DNA of 63,742 bases, filler included, from Phoronis australis (Eukaryota > Animalia > Phoronida): assembly GCA_002633005.1 (NCBI GenBank). It is 13 parts of 13 records of this genome, joined end to end, with 100 filler letters (N's around TTAATTAATTAA, not from the genome) between each part and the next. Parts side by side here need not be neighbours in the genome. Positions count along the whole stretch, not along the records: positions 8,830 to 13,075 come from NMRA01002651.1; positions 13,176 to 15,854 come from NMRA01003501.1; positions 15,955 to 17,744 come from NMRA01000206.1; positions 17,845 to 26,375 come from NMRA01001886.1; 9 more parts are not named here. One strand, written 5' to 3'. Positions 12,783-24,609 of this stretch are shown in pieces; within the stretch, counting starts at the first letter, position 1; the number at the start of each line of letters is the position of its first letter. The position numbers and the translations under genes are program-made. Under the pieces are notes generated by a model, which was not told where the DNA came from, ran no database searches, and saw only the letters and a list, made by a program, of their open reading frames with translations.

Positions 12783-14445
12783 CTAAGAAGGACAGAACAA
12801 TTACTTTATGAACTTTGTAACATGACATTAACTAACTTTGCGATTATGACCTTTTTCATCAATGACCAAGAACAATTTAACCTTCGTTTTTCTTGGTCAT
12901 GCAATCATTAAAGAGACAATTTTTAATTGAGAATGAAGAAAACTTGAAAACTTAACATTAGACTATAATAAGGGACAAAATTGTTGGCTCAGGATGTGAA
13001 CTTGCTCATTCTGTTATCTGTTGGCTAAAATACCAAATAACGTTGTGTATGGTTGAAGATGCAATAAAAGATAAANNNNNNNNNNNNNNNNNNNNNNNNN
13101 NNNNNNNNNNNNNNNNNNNTTAATTAATTAANNNNNNNNNNNNNNNNNNNNNNNNNNNNNNNNNNNNNNNNNNNNGGGCAGCCTGCTGTACACATCCATT
13201 GGATTTGTTAAAGGTGAGAGTCCATACTGTGCAATATAGACTTAAACATATATGATAATATGGAATACGTTGCTTTAAGATTTTTGAGATTGTGGAACAT
13301 TGCAGTGCTCTACCATTTGACTTCAGTCGATGCATAATGCTTGCATTTGAGCATCTTTGTGTGAAATTACGTTTTTTTCAGCATTCAGGCACGCACTCAT
13401 ATATGTAAAACATTTGGCTAAAAGCAAGTCAACAAGTTCATCTAGTGATTTGTTGCAGTAAAATATTCACCTAATTTTGATAAAGCAGTTTGGTTTTGTC
13501 ATCATGCTAGTAATGCAAAATAGTCTCAACGTTAATGTATTCTAGTAGTAAGTTTGTGAAGGTTTTTCAGTAGAAATCATTTCTGTGAGAACTTTTGTTA
13601 CTTTTTCGCTAAGTACTCAGAATGTCCACTGTGTAGTTTCAGAAGCTCTTTGCACTCTAAACTTGACATGCTATTATGGGTATGAAAAAAGTGAAAACAA
13701 ATTGAGGTTTTATCTCAATGGTCAACACTCAGGGTATCATCGTAATGTGTATCGCGTGAAATGGCTGGTTATGCTGTTTTGTAAAAGAATTTGAAACGGA
13801 CCCTGTCACTATGCTGGCTACTAAGTACGGTTATCACAACGTAGCCCGTTATTTTTTATTGTCAAAGCCAACCGTTATTTTTTATTGTCAAAGCCAAATC
13901 ATACATTCTTTCTGCATTCAGAAACTATTAACTTTTAGTTAAAGCTTATAGTTCTGTAGATATTTGGCAAAATGCACGGATTTGTCAATAATATTACACA
14001 TTACCTTAATCGACTGTTGTTCTGATAACTGATCCAAACTGTGAGGGGATACATGTAAGCCTTGCATGCGTGCACCCAGGGGGGCTCGGGGGCCTCATTC
14101 GAGCCCACCCATTTGATGAAGTGGGCAAAAAGGTCCGCCTCTGAAAAACAAGAAGTCCGAGAGAATGAGATAAAAGTGCAAAGTTCACTCAGTAAACAGA
14201 CACAAACACGCAATTCACAGTGGTGCCCCCGTTTTTTTTTTAGTCCGCCTGCATTTTTGTTACCAAAAGGTCCACAACGTCAGGAATTCGAGCCCCCCCC
14301 AAATCAAAGGCTGGGTGCACGCATGCCTTGTATTCAATGGATTGAGAGCAGTGTGCCCACAACCACTCAATCTTAAGAGTTATACACTCAATTATATAAT
14401 TAAGTTTGAAAAGAGCCGTTCAGCTTCTTGTGAATGTTTCACCAG

Positions 14446-14565
14446 GTTCATCTGCAAACACAGCAATCAGCTGAGATTGGACTGGTTCGTATGGGTATCA
14501 AGGTAGTGAAAAATGAGGGCATTCTAGGACTTTACAATGGGTTGTCTGCCTCCCTTCTGCGACAG
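14446..14565 (+). CDS. SLC25A10: Mitochondrial dicarboxylate carrier, internal exon
   Basis: 120-nt phase-0 exon between accag and GTGAGT, encoding VHLQTQQSAEIGLVRMGIKVVKNEGILGLYNGLSASLLRQ. VHLQTQQ...GILxLYxGLSASLxRQ is characteristic of the dicarboxylate carrier. Confidence 0.88.
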
Positions 14566-15189
14566 GTGAGTGAATATGTTTCAGGGGCTCATTTCACGGA
14601 AAATGGAGCACCCACGTCTGCTCAGACTAGTTAGTTTTTGTTTTCAGTCAATAAGTTGGTAATGATGATGTCTGATAAACACATTCATTGAAAACCTGGT
14701 GTCCTTTTCATAAAACTTTAAGGCAATAGCTGGGTATAATGTGCGTAGATTTTGAGAATCAGTTTGATGCCGGTTATTCAGTGGAGATAACTAGTTCTCA
14801 AAATGCGGGCATGTTATATCTAGGTATTACTGTCTTAAGTGCAAGTCTTAAGTTTCATTTTTGGTATGGTGGTAGCAGTTCTGTTCAGCCTGAATGGTGA
14901 CATCCAAAATTGTTCTCGTGATGGCAGATAAACTTATCGCATGATTGACCTCGTTTTAAAATTTTAAGCCTCTAGCATGCTGCTAGGCAGAATCGGACTG
15001 GCAGATAGCCATGCTTCATAGTCAACCCAGTTCGCCAAAATTGTTAGTGTCAATATTGTTACTTATTGTGCATCTCTAAACCTTTATTGGTCTCAACTGC
15101 AAATGGTAATACAGGCGATGACAGGTCTGACTAACCAGCATAAATGCAAGAAAACAACAGGTCGAGTAACAGATATCTGCTGCCCGAAA

Positions 15190-15301
15190 GGCAGTAGTCT
15201 GATATAACGTGTGCGTATTTTGAGATTAGTTTGATGCCCGTTATTCAGTGGAGAAAACCGGTTCTCAAAATTCAGGCATGTTATATCAGACCCTTACCGC
15301 C
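15190..15301. mobile_element. About 110-bp palindromic MITE; copies at 14722-14834 and (partial) 50359-50397
   Basis: Ends GGCAGTAGTCTGATATAACGTG and CATGTTATATCAGACCCTTACCGCC are inverted. The core TTTTGAGA...GTTATTCAGTGGAGA...TTCTCAAAA is shared with the copy at 14722. Confidence 0.75.
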
Positions 15302-15980
15302 CAAAATGCTGGATGGAAGATGAAGCGCCAAAACACAATGTAGATCAATGCTTCACTAATGCTTTGGAAGTAAACCAGTTTCAGTGAGAACTGTCATAGA
15401 AAACAAAAACATCAAGACACTTGCAAAATTCCTCAGGCGGGTAGGCTTGGTGAGTTTTAGCCATGAATTTAAAGCACGTGCCTGTAGAAGGCCTAAGTAA
15501 AGCCTCGACTTTTTGGCAGAATTGTTACACCACTGTCCTATTGTTGTTATTATTTTTACTAAACCTTTATTGACATTTGAATAACAAATGTCGAAATAAT
15601 TTTGATTATAGTGATCAGCACAGAACCATACTACTATAATGGACAAGTACCAAAGGGCAATACAATGATGGAAATCATTTTGGACGGAAGTCATTCTGTC
15701 AGGTGGTTAAACCTCTGAAACCCTTAACCCCAGTTCAAAGCCACAAATCCCCACCAGAAACTTTGCATTTCTATTAAAGCTGGTTTTCTTATCTCTGTCT
15801 CTGTATTAACAGTCTAATACAAAACAGGTTTAACAACCTTCAACTCATATCTGANNNNNNNNNNNNNNNNNNNNNNNNNNNNNNNNNNNNNNNNNNNNTT
15901 AATTAATTAANNNNNNNNNNNNNNNNNNNNNNNNNNNNNNNNNNNNNNNNNNNNACTGCATGTCACACTTCATGTCACAC

Positions 15981-17540
15981 TCAGTGTCTTCTTGGAAGTG
16001 GAGTGTTGTCTATTTGCCTAACAACATCAGCTCTATTACCAATATTCCCACGAATACTATCCACAGCCAAGCTTCCAACAGTGCGCAACTGAATCATTGA
16101 TTGTTGAACTTGCTGCACAGTAGGGTTGTCATTGGCACCACCCTTGTGTCTATAATGACCAAAATGTTGTTCTAAAGGGTCCTGGTTAAAAGAAGAAGTT
16201 AAGACAAATGGTGCACCCTGTTCTAACAGAAACACAATCAATTCAACCACTGACCTCACAGTTATTTCAATACCAGTCAATGTCTGGTGGCTCAACAACA
16301 TTTTTGCCTTAGCTGCTTTACCAAAGCCAGCTCTGTTATTCACTGCATCAGTCCAGTTGTGGAAAAAACCGAGACATTCATCCAATAACCAGTTCAGTCG
16401 CTCATCATTAACACTTCTATATGCCTCCAAATCTGAGTTCTTAGCCCTAACACCTTCGTTTAAATTTTTAGTATTTAACAAGTCAAACATTTTATTAACA
16501 ATTCGAATAAACTGGACTGTTGCTGCTACTTCATTACCATAATAGAATTCTAAAGCATTTGCAACTGTACTGCTCATTAACTGTGCAGCAAGATTAACTT
16601 TCATACATGAAAATGGCGTCAGATAAATGTGGCACCTGCTGAGCTTTGGACATAAGGAATATAAGTTATTTTCACAGTGCTGCTCATACAGCCGAGTTAT
16701 GTGCTGCCACAGCACATCCTGACCATTCCACAAAAATCTCGAGTATTTATGTGCTCCAGAATTACTAAAGCAATTGCGGGTCGTTTTCAACAGATGTGGG
16801 GGATCAGAAATAAAATACAGTAACAGCTTACCAATAGAGATGGGATTTGCACATCGGTACACAACACGTTCTAAATTTTCCTCATTACCAATTCTATGCA
16901 AATTGAAAAACTTTCTATTGGGTGATGCCCCATCACAAGTGATGAATATCACACGCAAATCGAGATCAATCTCAAGAATTTCGATACATTTCCAAATGAC
17001 AGGATACAAGAAGTAACTAGTAATGCCATCAGTAGCATAATTAGCTAAAGGGAACTTGAGACTAGATGTTGCACCCCTCACCATAATTACTAATACATAC
17101 TTAGCAACAGTTGAACCTTGATCGTGTAAAACATCTCTTAAATTTTGTAGCTGCTCAGCTACGCTCTCCAACTCCACATAACCAATCAGTTCACCTGTGT
17201 GCTTATTATACACTAATTCGTCCTTAACCCGGACTTCGTTCTGTAGCAATCCCACGAATTTCTTGTGCCCCACAGTATAGCACCCTTCCTTTTCACAAAC
17301 TTGCCTTAGTTGACTCAATACATCAGGCTGAACACCACACTTAGAGACTTGAAAATGACTATAATCGTATAAAGTCCTAGAGCTAGGTAAATTGATGAAA
17401 CCACTGTCTCTCATGGCCTCATAAGCTTTACTAGACTTGGACTTCAAGTATAAACACCACCTAATCATCATTGGATGCCATTTCATCCCCTTACTACTCT
17501 GACTATTGTTAAATTTCAATTGTTGCTCCCAGAACAGGAA
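15981..17540 (-). pseudogene. P-element superfamily transposase (THAP9-like), 5'-truncated, first catalytic Asp replaced by Asn
   Basis: Open frame of over 500 aa with LFWEQQ, LPSSRTL, LLQNEVRVK (normally D-E-M-x-I/V), ITCDGASPNR, ISDPPHLLK, MKVNLAAQ and NQDPLEQHFG. No THAP domain; upstream sequence is an unrelated repeat. Confidence 0.92.
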
Positions 17541-17744
17541 TTCTTTAAAATTGTAGGAGAAATTACATATTAATTTTTGATGGCCTTTCCACTAATTGAC
17601 CTCTTCCGGTGCATTATGAGCCCAGATGAGGGAGTAAATGTTAACTCGATTAAAAGTGTGGTTAATGATAATAATCACAGATGTTTTACTTTAAGCACTT
17701 CAGAATACAAGATGAATGAAGTGGTCAAACTTTCAGAAGAAAAA
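17537..17744 (-). repeat. Fragment of the HINE internal repeat seen at 29500-29697
   Basis: Reverse complement matches TTTCTTCTGAAAGTTTGACC...TCTTGTATTCTGAAGTGCTTAAAGTAAAACAT...AATTTCTCCTACAATTTTAAAGAATTCC at 29500-29697. Confidence 0.85.
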
Positions 17745-18526
17745 NNNNNNNNNNNNNNNNNNNNNNNNNNNNNNNNNNNNNNNNNNNNTTAATTAATTAA
17801 NNNNNNNNNNNNNNNNNNNNNNNNNNNNNNNNNNNNNNNNNNNNCGAGTACTTGATGTAGTTATCTGGACGATATAGATCATTGTAGTCATAAATGAATA
17901 GCCTACCACCTCGACAGCTTTTGGCTCATATTATCAGGACGATCAACACATTCAGTTGACAATGGAACCCAGACTAACGGTACGGTAAAAGCATGATTGC
18001 TTCTGGTCTCTGCTTATTATAAAATCGTTGTCAGTCGCTCATTATTTCATAAAAAAGCACCTGAAACGGCAAAAGTGAGTGTAGAACTGTTGTTATTCAT
18101 AGCGTGAAAATCACGGCGAGTCAAAGCATGGTAACTCAATTACCATGCTTTGACTCGCCGTCTTGCTTACGTGCCTTTTTTCAGCATTAAACACGAGATC
18201 TCGGATACTTTTTATGCGTGCCCGGCGAGTGTAAATTTCTAAAGTAGTCGGATAGAGAACAGAATCATCATTGGCTTCCTCAGCCTATGTATACATGTCA
18301 GCGATGACGGTTCTGCCAAGATTATGGTGTACCGTAAGCCCAAGCACACTGACCAGTATTTGAACCGTCGTTCCAATAATCTAATACAGCACCGGCAAAC
18401 AAAATGCTGTTTGCACCCTCCCCAACGTAGCGGAAAATGGTGTCACTCTTAATCAAAATCGCCTGAATGGGATAGATCATGTTCATAACGCTATGGAAGC
18501 CAACGTTTATGAGACTAGGTCCTTAA

Positions 18527-18682
18527 CAGTGGCGGGCTTAGAGGGGGGCCAAGGGGCCATGCCCCCCTAAAATTCTCCCAGATTCCATATGGCAGTTCGG
18601 AGGTGCGAATGTCTGACAGGCAAAATCGTGGCTAATAATCTGCCCTGGCTCCCCCTACTCAAAATCCTGGATCCGCCCCGTG
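18527..18682. mobile_element. About 155-bp MITE of the CAGTGGCGG family; relatives near 41722-41855, 47277-47396 and 53044-53194
   Basis: Ends CAGTGGCGGGCTTAG and CCTGGATCCGCCCCGTG with G/C-run subterminal hairpins. 5-bp flanks CTTAA and CTTAC. Confidence 0.8.
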
Positions 18683-18766
18683 CTTACTCCTCATCGTATT
18701 AGACGACAACACGATCAGGACACAGAAGGTGATGACGTCCAAAAACCACCCTCAGTCATCCCCTAT

Positions 18767-20796
18767 AGACGTAATTCACGCCGATAGGAGGCGGGTTCAA
18801 AACGAGGCTCGCTACGATAGCTCTGTTGGCTTATCGGCATAGTTGTATTCCGTGTTGCTCGAACGGTTGGATAAATACGGACATCCACTTGTGTGTTTTA
18901 CAATCCCAAAGCACGTTGAGATTCGAAAGCGTTGGGTCGTTGCCAAACGCCGGGACGAAGGAAATATGTCCCTGTAAAATTTTTAAAATATTTTCGGCTA
19001 AAAGTTAGATCATTTGTCGCATTTCGGTTGCCGGGCATCATAGCAACCACCAGAGAATCTTCGGCAAGCCTGGCTGTCTTTTCTTGATTACAGGTTGAAG
19101 CATGGTGCATTTATCTTTCCAAAAAGGACAGGGCTCTCAATCTCTCGATTTTGGGGCCGAGTATCAGCCTTACTCCTCTCTCAAAAATATTGAAAATCAT
19201 ACTTCCCCTCACGAGGCCTAAAAGTTCCCCTAATTCTCTCGGTAGTTCAAATGACACAGGTGAGAATTTGAAAGAAAACAAAATGCTGGTTGTGACAGAG
19301 CCTTTGATTGCTTGCAACAGGCGAGGGTGCTATTGATGGTGATCGGAAGACAGATTTTTCCCCTCACTCGGCGAAAAAATCCCCACATTCATAGAAGGCA
19401 CAGGAACCTTTCCCTCGGACGAACGAGGCCCCTGAACTATAACTAGGCTTGCTCTGTCCTGTTAACTGAAATTGAGCTTTAAAACGAAGATATGCTTTGG
19501 ACGAAAGAATTACTATAGGTGTTTTAATTTCAAAATTCAACTTACTAGTAATTGGTCCAGATTGATATTTGAAGCCTAAAACAGTGGCATAGACGTAAGA
19601 ATTATTAAAACCATGAAAGCAGAATCTATGGTCAAATAATTTTTATTTTCAATAAGGAGCCTGGTTTTTTATTTTAATGAAAATATACTTGATAACATCA
19701 ATTATTCTTTCAGATCAATGACAAATCACCTGTTAGTCCCAGTAGTCCGTCGTTCAGTAACTTTTCCAGACGTGAGGGGTGCTGAACGTGCGATAGCATC
19801 TGGCTCTTTTGTTAACTGCCCAGCTCAGTCTTTTGTCCCGTATGATAACAAGCGGGCCAATTATATCCCAGGCTTCAAAGGAAACGTATGGTGGTTGCAC
19901 GCTATTACCGAACGCGTACTCAGAACACAGTCAAACCCAGTGCGTTGGTAATCCGTTTGGACAGAATAGATTGTCATAAATTTTGTTGTAGTTGTTCGAT
20001 TTTGGTGATTTAAAAACCGAATATGATCAGCATTTGACGACGAATTCAGAAATGCTATTGGTTTAAGCTCAAATATGTTATTACTTAACTTTCATTTTTA
20101 TCAGCCCAGCCCAGTCAGGCTAGATACGATCTGATCGGAGATTTAAGAGCAATTATCGAACAAAAGAGCACAGGCCCTCCAACCATCAATACCAGAATGG
20201 AGTTAATCAGTCGTGTAAGATATTGGCTACGGGGTAAACTTCCCAACTTGTTGTTGGGCTATAGAATCGAACAAGTTGGGAGCAACGGGATATCGCCGAT
20301 ATGCGCTTGGACCTAGACTATGCTTTATGAATTAAATCTAATGTGACTAATTGCACATGACAGTAAAATACGATGACGGAGCCGCCTCTGTCGAATATAT
20401 CTTCAACTCGTCAACAATACGAGCAGATGACTTGGTTTGTGTAGAAAGCATTTTTATCAACAATTTACAAGAAGAAACGTAACCCAGCATTCAGCATAAT
20501 ACCTAATCCGTAACACTAGGATCGCCGCTATTTGGTCATATTTACTTTTCATGTTTCGAACCTGGTTTCGGCCGGGAAAAAATATACCCTTTCGTCACAC
20601 AACTCCTTGGGGCATTGACTTGTTCTCTAATCTATTTTTCTACGTCTCTCTAGTTAATTATCGACACATTTTTAAGATCAAATATCCAGGTTGCACTCGA
20701 AAAACCGGCCACTAACTCACGTAATGTCAACTTCCGCTTTATTTATCGCAGTGAGCCTCGCTTTGGATTTTAATGTCCGCCGCGTGAATTAGGTCT
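18767..20796 (+). mobile_element. Non-autonomous DNA transposon with TIR AGAC(G/C)TAATTCACGC, 2-bp AT TSD and a THAP remnant (ISL2EU/PHIS-like)
   Basis: TIR matches at 14 of 15 positions. AT at 18765-18766 and 20797-20798. Frameshifted THAP head CIPCCSN...FTIPKHVEIRKRWVVAKRRDEG at 18844-18965. Confidence 0.8.
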
Positions 20797-21314
20797 ATAT
20801 CAACATGTTTGAGCATGTAGCAGAGATCCTTAGGTCACACAGTGTAAAACTGTACATCAAGCCAATCATTATTCTTCGGGAAAAGTTGGTTGCTCCCACG
20901 GACACTACTCCCGACAATGAAGGTGAAACATACCAGTTGACTTGGCGACAATGATTAAGGGGCACTTTAAACTAAAGAGACCCTCTTTTGTCGGTGAACA
21001 TACATGTACAGTAAGAGCTTGGACATACCATTGACAACATTAATGCCAAAACTGTCGCTAAGAAAATTCTAAGAGAAGATGTTTAAATTAAAACCAAACG
21101 AAATGTATTTTCTCACAAGACCTGGAATGTGTTACGAATCGACTGATTAATAAATATAGGTTATACAACGTACGTGTTTGTACCAGTGCTTATTATATCG
21201 AGATTCGTGATATGCAAATGTATTTGATCGATGGGGAGTGGCCATTACAACCGTGTACTGACCCATTTATTTATTAAATGGCGTTAGATAACATTTTGGT
21301 GGGAAACCGAGGGC

Positions 21315-21370
21315 GGTTTCGAACCCGGTCCGCAAGAGTTTCGACTGTAGACTTTACCACTGCACCACTT
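21315..21370 (-). mobile_element. tRNA-derived SINE head
   Basis: Minus strand reads AGTGGTGCAGTGGTAAAG (A box) then GGTTCGAAACC (B box). No complete acceptor stem. Confidence 0.5.
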
Positions 21371-21573
21371 AGCGTCTGACGTCTTCGAACGTAAAAATAG
21401 AATACTTAAATATGCACGCGAAACAATCGCATGTTCAACAAACTGCACTGTACCGAAATTTATACGCTATGAAAAATAAGACGCAAATTTTCAATAAAAA
21501 CGACATCTTTCATTCAATAAAATTGATCTGTCATTTTCTCTAACCGGTAAATTATTGATCTCCAATTTGAATG

Positions 21574-22159
21574 CTAGTAACGTGTGGTCGGGAGGCTTTG
21601 ACTTGGACATTAACTTAGGAGCCTGTGGTAACCTACTTTAGCTGACGGTATTTTCACGATGGAAGCTTAGCATGATAAGATGTGTAGTAAGCTAGACTAG
21701 TTGCTTCAAATCATAATTATTTTACAGATTCAGTTTAGTTTTATTCTGTTTCAATTTTGATTTGGTTTTAATTAAAATCATCGTTTTAACAAGAAAACCT
21801 CGGCGTTTCTTGGAACGTCACGACCTCCAACATCAGGCCTCTGACAGAGAAAGTAGTTACAAAAGCCTAGTAACGTGTGGTCGGGAGGCTTTGACTTGGA
21901 CATTAACTTAGGAACCTGTGGTAACCTACTTTAGCTGACGATATTTTCACGATGGAAGCTTAGCATGATAAGATGTGTAGTAAGCTAGAATAGTTGCTTC
22001 AAATCATAATTATTTTACAGATTCAGTTTAGTTTTATTCTGTTTCAATTTTGATTTGGTTTTAAGTAAAATCATCGTTTTAACAAGAAAACCTCGGCGTT
22101 TCTTGGAACGTCACGACCTCCAACATCAGGCCTCTGACAGAGAAAGTAGTTACAAAAGC
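21574..22159. repeat. Near-identical 293-bp tandem duplication (21574-21866 and 21867-22159)
   Basis: Both units start CTAGTAACGTGTGGTCGGGAGG and end GTTACAAAAGC, with only a few substitutions and no N at the junction. Confidence 0.93.
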
Positions 22160-22680
22160 CGAAGCGAGTCGAGAAAGGTAGATCGATTCACTGAAATGCT
22201 TCTCGTTTAGTATGTGGTATAAATAGATTATTACATTTCTCAGTCATTACCCCCTTATCTAGAGCCCTCGTGGCGATAATTCTTCAAAATCAACTCGGGC
22301 TCTAGATTACGGAGGCTAACGATTTCAACATGTAATAATGTATATGTACGTATTTTTTATGTTACATAGGTGAATCACAAAGTAACAAAGTAGAAATACA
22401 TGCGCCTAACATTTTAGCTTCTGCAAAACACGAATACCATTACAGTCGAACGCGCGCAAACCAAACAATGCCGGAATTCCGTGAAGGTGACAAGGTTATG
22501 CTTAACAAATCGAGTATCCCAGCTGCACGTACTCCCAGTTGGAAGGACATGCAGACAACTTCTTAAACGGATCCATGTTTGGAGGCGAATTCCATTACTC
22601 TGTCCACATTCATTCAAACGGAGACAAACCCAGCTCAAGAAACGCGCCGAGACTGTCCAGTTTCAAGGTCTATTCAGTGC

Positions 22681-22697
22681 TCACGTGTAGGGAAGTC
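22681..22697 (-). CDS. Candidate short terminal exon (GLPYT-stop) of the TSP1 gene
   Basis: caacag acceptor then GA CTT CCC TAC ACG TGA, phase-compatible with the TSP1 exon. The polypyrimidine tract is weak. Confidence 0.3.
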
Positions 22698-23196
22698 CTG
22701 TTGACTGTGTTACATTTACAACTTCAAAGAATATTTATTAGATTCCAACTTGAACATTTGTTACGAAAGCTGAATGCAATTTACAATAGTTAAATTTACA
22801 ATAATGCTATTTACAACAAGCAACTGAGCTTAAGCGTGTTTTTACAAAAGTTGCGTCATGTGGTTGAAAGTTTTAGACATGTTGAGTTTTTCGGCAAAAA
22901 AGATTGTTTTTACGGTTCATGTGAGGAAACAAATCCTACAATCGTATCAGGTTTATTTCATGCACAAAACCTCTTAAAAATTTCGTCGAAATCCAACTGC
23001 AAGATTCGGGATGATGACGAAAATTAAAGCAAAATGAAACAAAGCAAAGCGAAACAAAAAAAAAACAAAAAATCAAAACAAAACGAAAAACCACCTTAGA
23101 CTAACATTGGAATGAATGTATTTCCCAACCTAATAGATACACTAGTTATGCATACTATTTAGGTACACGTGCAATTGCACTGAAACAAAGACTTAC

Positions 23197-23334
23197 CAGG
23201 ACAAAAGTGGTTGTTACAAGACTCAGTCTGATTGCCGTGCACGGTCGCATTCTGCCTTGAACGAATTCTGGTTCGACTGCCTCCGCCACATGTCTCGGAG
23301 CAGTTGGACCACGCACCCCATTGTGTCCACTCAT
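23197..23334 (-). CDS. Thrombospondin type-1 repeat exon
   Basis: 138-nt phase 1-1 exon between ttgtag and GTAAGT, encoding xEWTQWGAWSNCSETCGGGSRTRIRSRQNATVHGNQTESCNNHFCP (WxxWxxWSxCSxTCGGG, RxRxR, CNxxxCP). Not in the supplied ORF track. Confidence 0.9.
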
Positions 23335-23849
23335 CTACAACACGTTAAGTGGAGTGAGTAATATAACCGCCATGCCAAGTTTTCATTAACTGGAGTCCAA
23401 GTGTCTAAGCATTAGCAATACTATCAGGAGATTTGTGACCGGAAATTTTTTAATTTTGAAAAAGTGTATATCAATTTTGAAAATACACGCTATTGAGCAT
23501 GTCATTGTGCGAAGAACAAAAAGAACTACTGCTACTTGATTTCTGATTTCAACTCGTAATAAGAGTTGAGTGGTCGCATTCGAATTTCGTACGGAGTAAA
23601 CTTTCTTCCAGGCAGTTCTGTTTTGGGCATGGTGATACTAAATGGGAATAGGGCATCGTTTGCTTTGACAATAATTCTTCCTTTTTATTAAGCTTCTCTT
23701 GAGGGTGCCGTGTGTTACGTGCTTTTAAGTAAGACAAATTCTGAAGCTGTAGAGACCACTGACTGCATTCTTGTGAGTATAGTGTATCCTATGTACATGT
23801 ATATAGGGCAGCTCAGTGCCAGAGTTCCTTTGAGAGTTGTCTATTAGAT

Positions 23850-24150
23850 ATGCATACACGATATACCACTTGATGAATTCGCTTGAGCGGGATTATCTAC
23901 CGAATACCTTATTAATTATGTAATCTCGTCTTTTTTCCTATACCAATGGATTTTTTTTCTAGTTTTGAGTGTTCCTTGAACCTGGTCACCGGAATGTGTT
24001 TGGTTTAATCTATGAAGCGGTGTACATGTGAGAGGCCTTCCCTACTGCATAATTAGTACACTGCACTGGATTTCTTGTCATTAGGAGGAGTATCCTTGAG
24101 GTGAACCAATTTTTCCTGGATAGCATTGGTAGGTTTGAAGTGAGCGGCCA
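23850..24150 (-). mobile_element. Penelope-like GIY-YIG region remnant
   Basis: Minus strand reads AHFKPTNAIQEKLVHLKDTPPNDKKSSAVY-stop-LC, the KP..TL..LVHPKD...VVY.I.C pattern. Confidence 0.65.
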
Positions 24151-24609
24151 TGTAGTCCCCGAGGTCACCTGTCACTGCAGACATCGTCACTTACGACTTC
24201 CAGCTCTACCACTTGTTGCCCACACATGCTAGATCAGCACGTTAGGTCAACAACGGAACCCGAGACTGACGGCAAGGTTGAAAACATAATTGTTTCTGGT
24301 GTCTGCTTATTTGAAAATCGTTGATTCCGTATTTTCTTAGTCACCCACTCTTTCACAACAATCCACCAGAAACAGCAAAAATGATGACTGATCTGTTATA
24401 TTTATTCATATTGAGGCAAGCCAAGAAACTTGTTAATCCGTGCTGACGTGCCTTTGTGTAACTCTGGACATGAGACCTCGGATGAAATTGATGTGTTCAA
24501 GCGTTTTATGTTTAGTTCGTGGTTTAAAGTGTCAAAATCAGTCGGGATAGAGACCAGAATCAACATTGTTTTTTGGCCTTAGCTGCCATTTCCCCAGCCT
24601 ATGTTTAAA

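Larger units (their letters stand above)
18295..21075 (+). mobile_element. Decayed Penelope-like retroelement interrupted by two DNA transposon insertions
   Basis: VYRKPKHTDQYLN near 18327-18365 is the Penelope RT C-terminal motif VYRKPTHTDxYL. Removing the insertion at 18767-20798 rebuilds SVIPYINMFEHVAEILRSHSVKLYIKPIIILREKLVAPTD, the RT to GIY-YIG linker. Confidence 0.8.

Noticed and set aside
21315-21370. tRNA gene
   Set aside because: A and B boxes are present but no full cloverleaf, so it is better read as a SINE head. The A-box-like sequence near 1800-1830 is weaker still.
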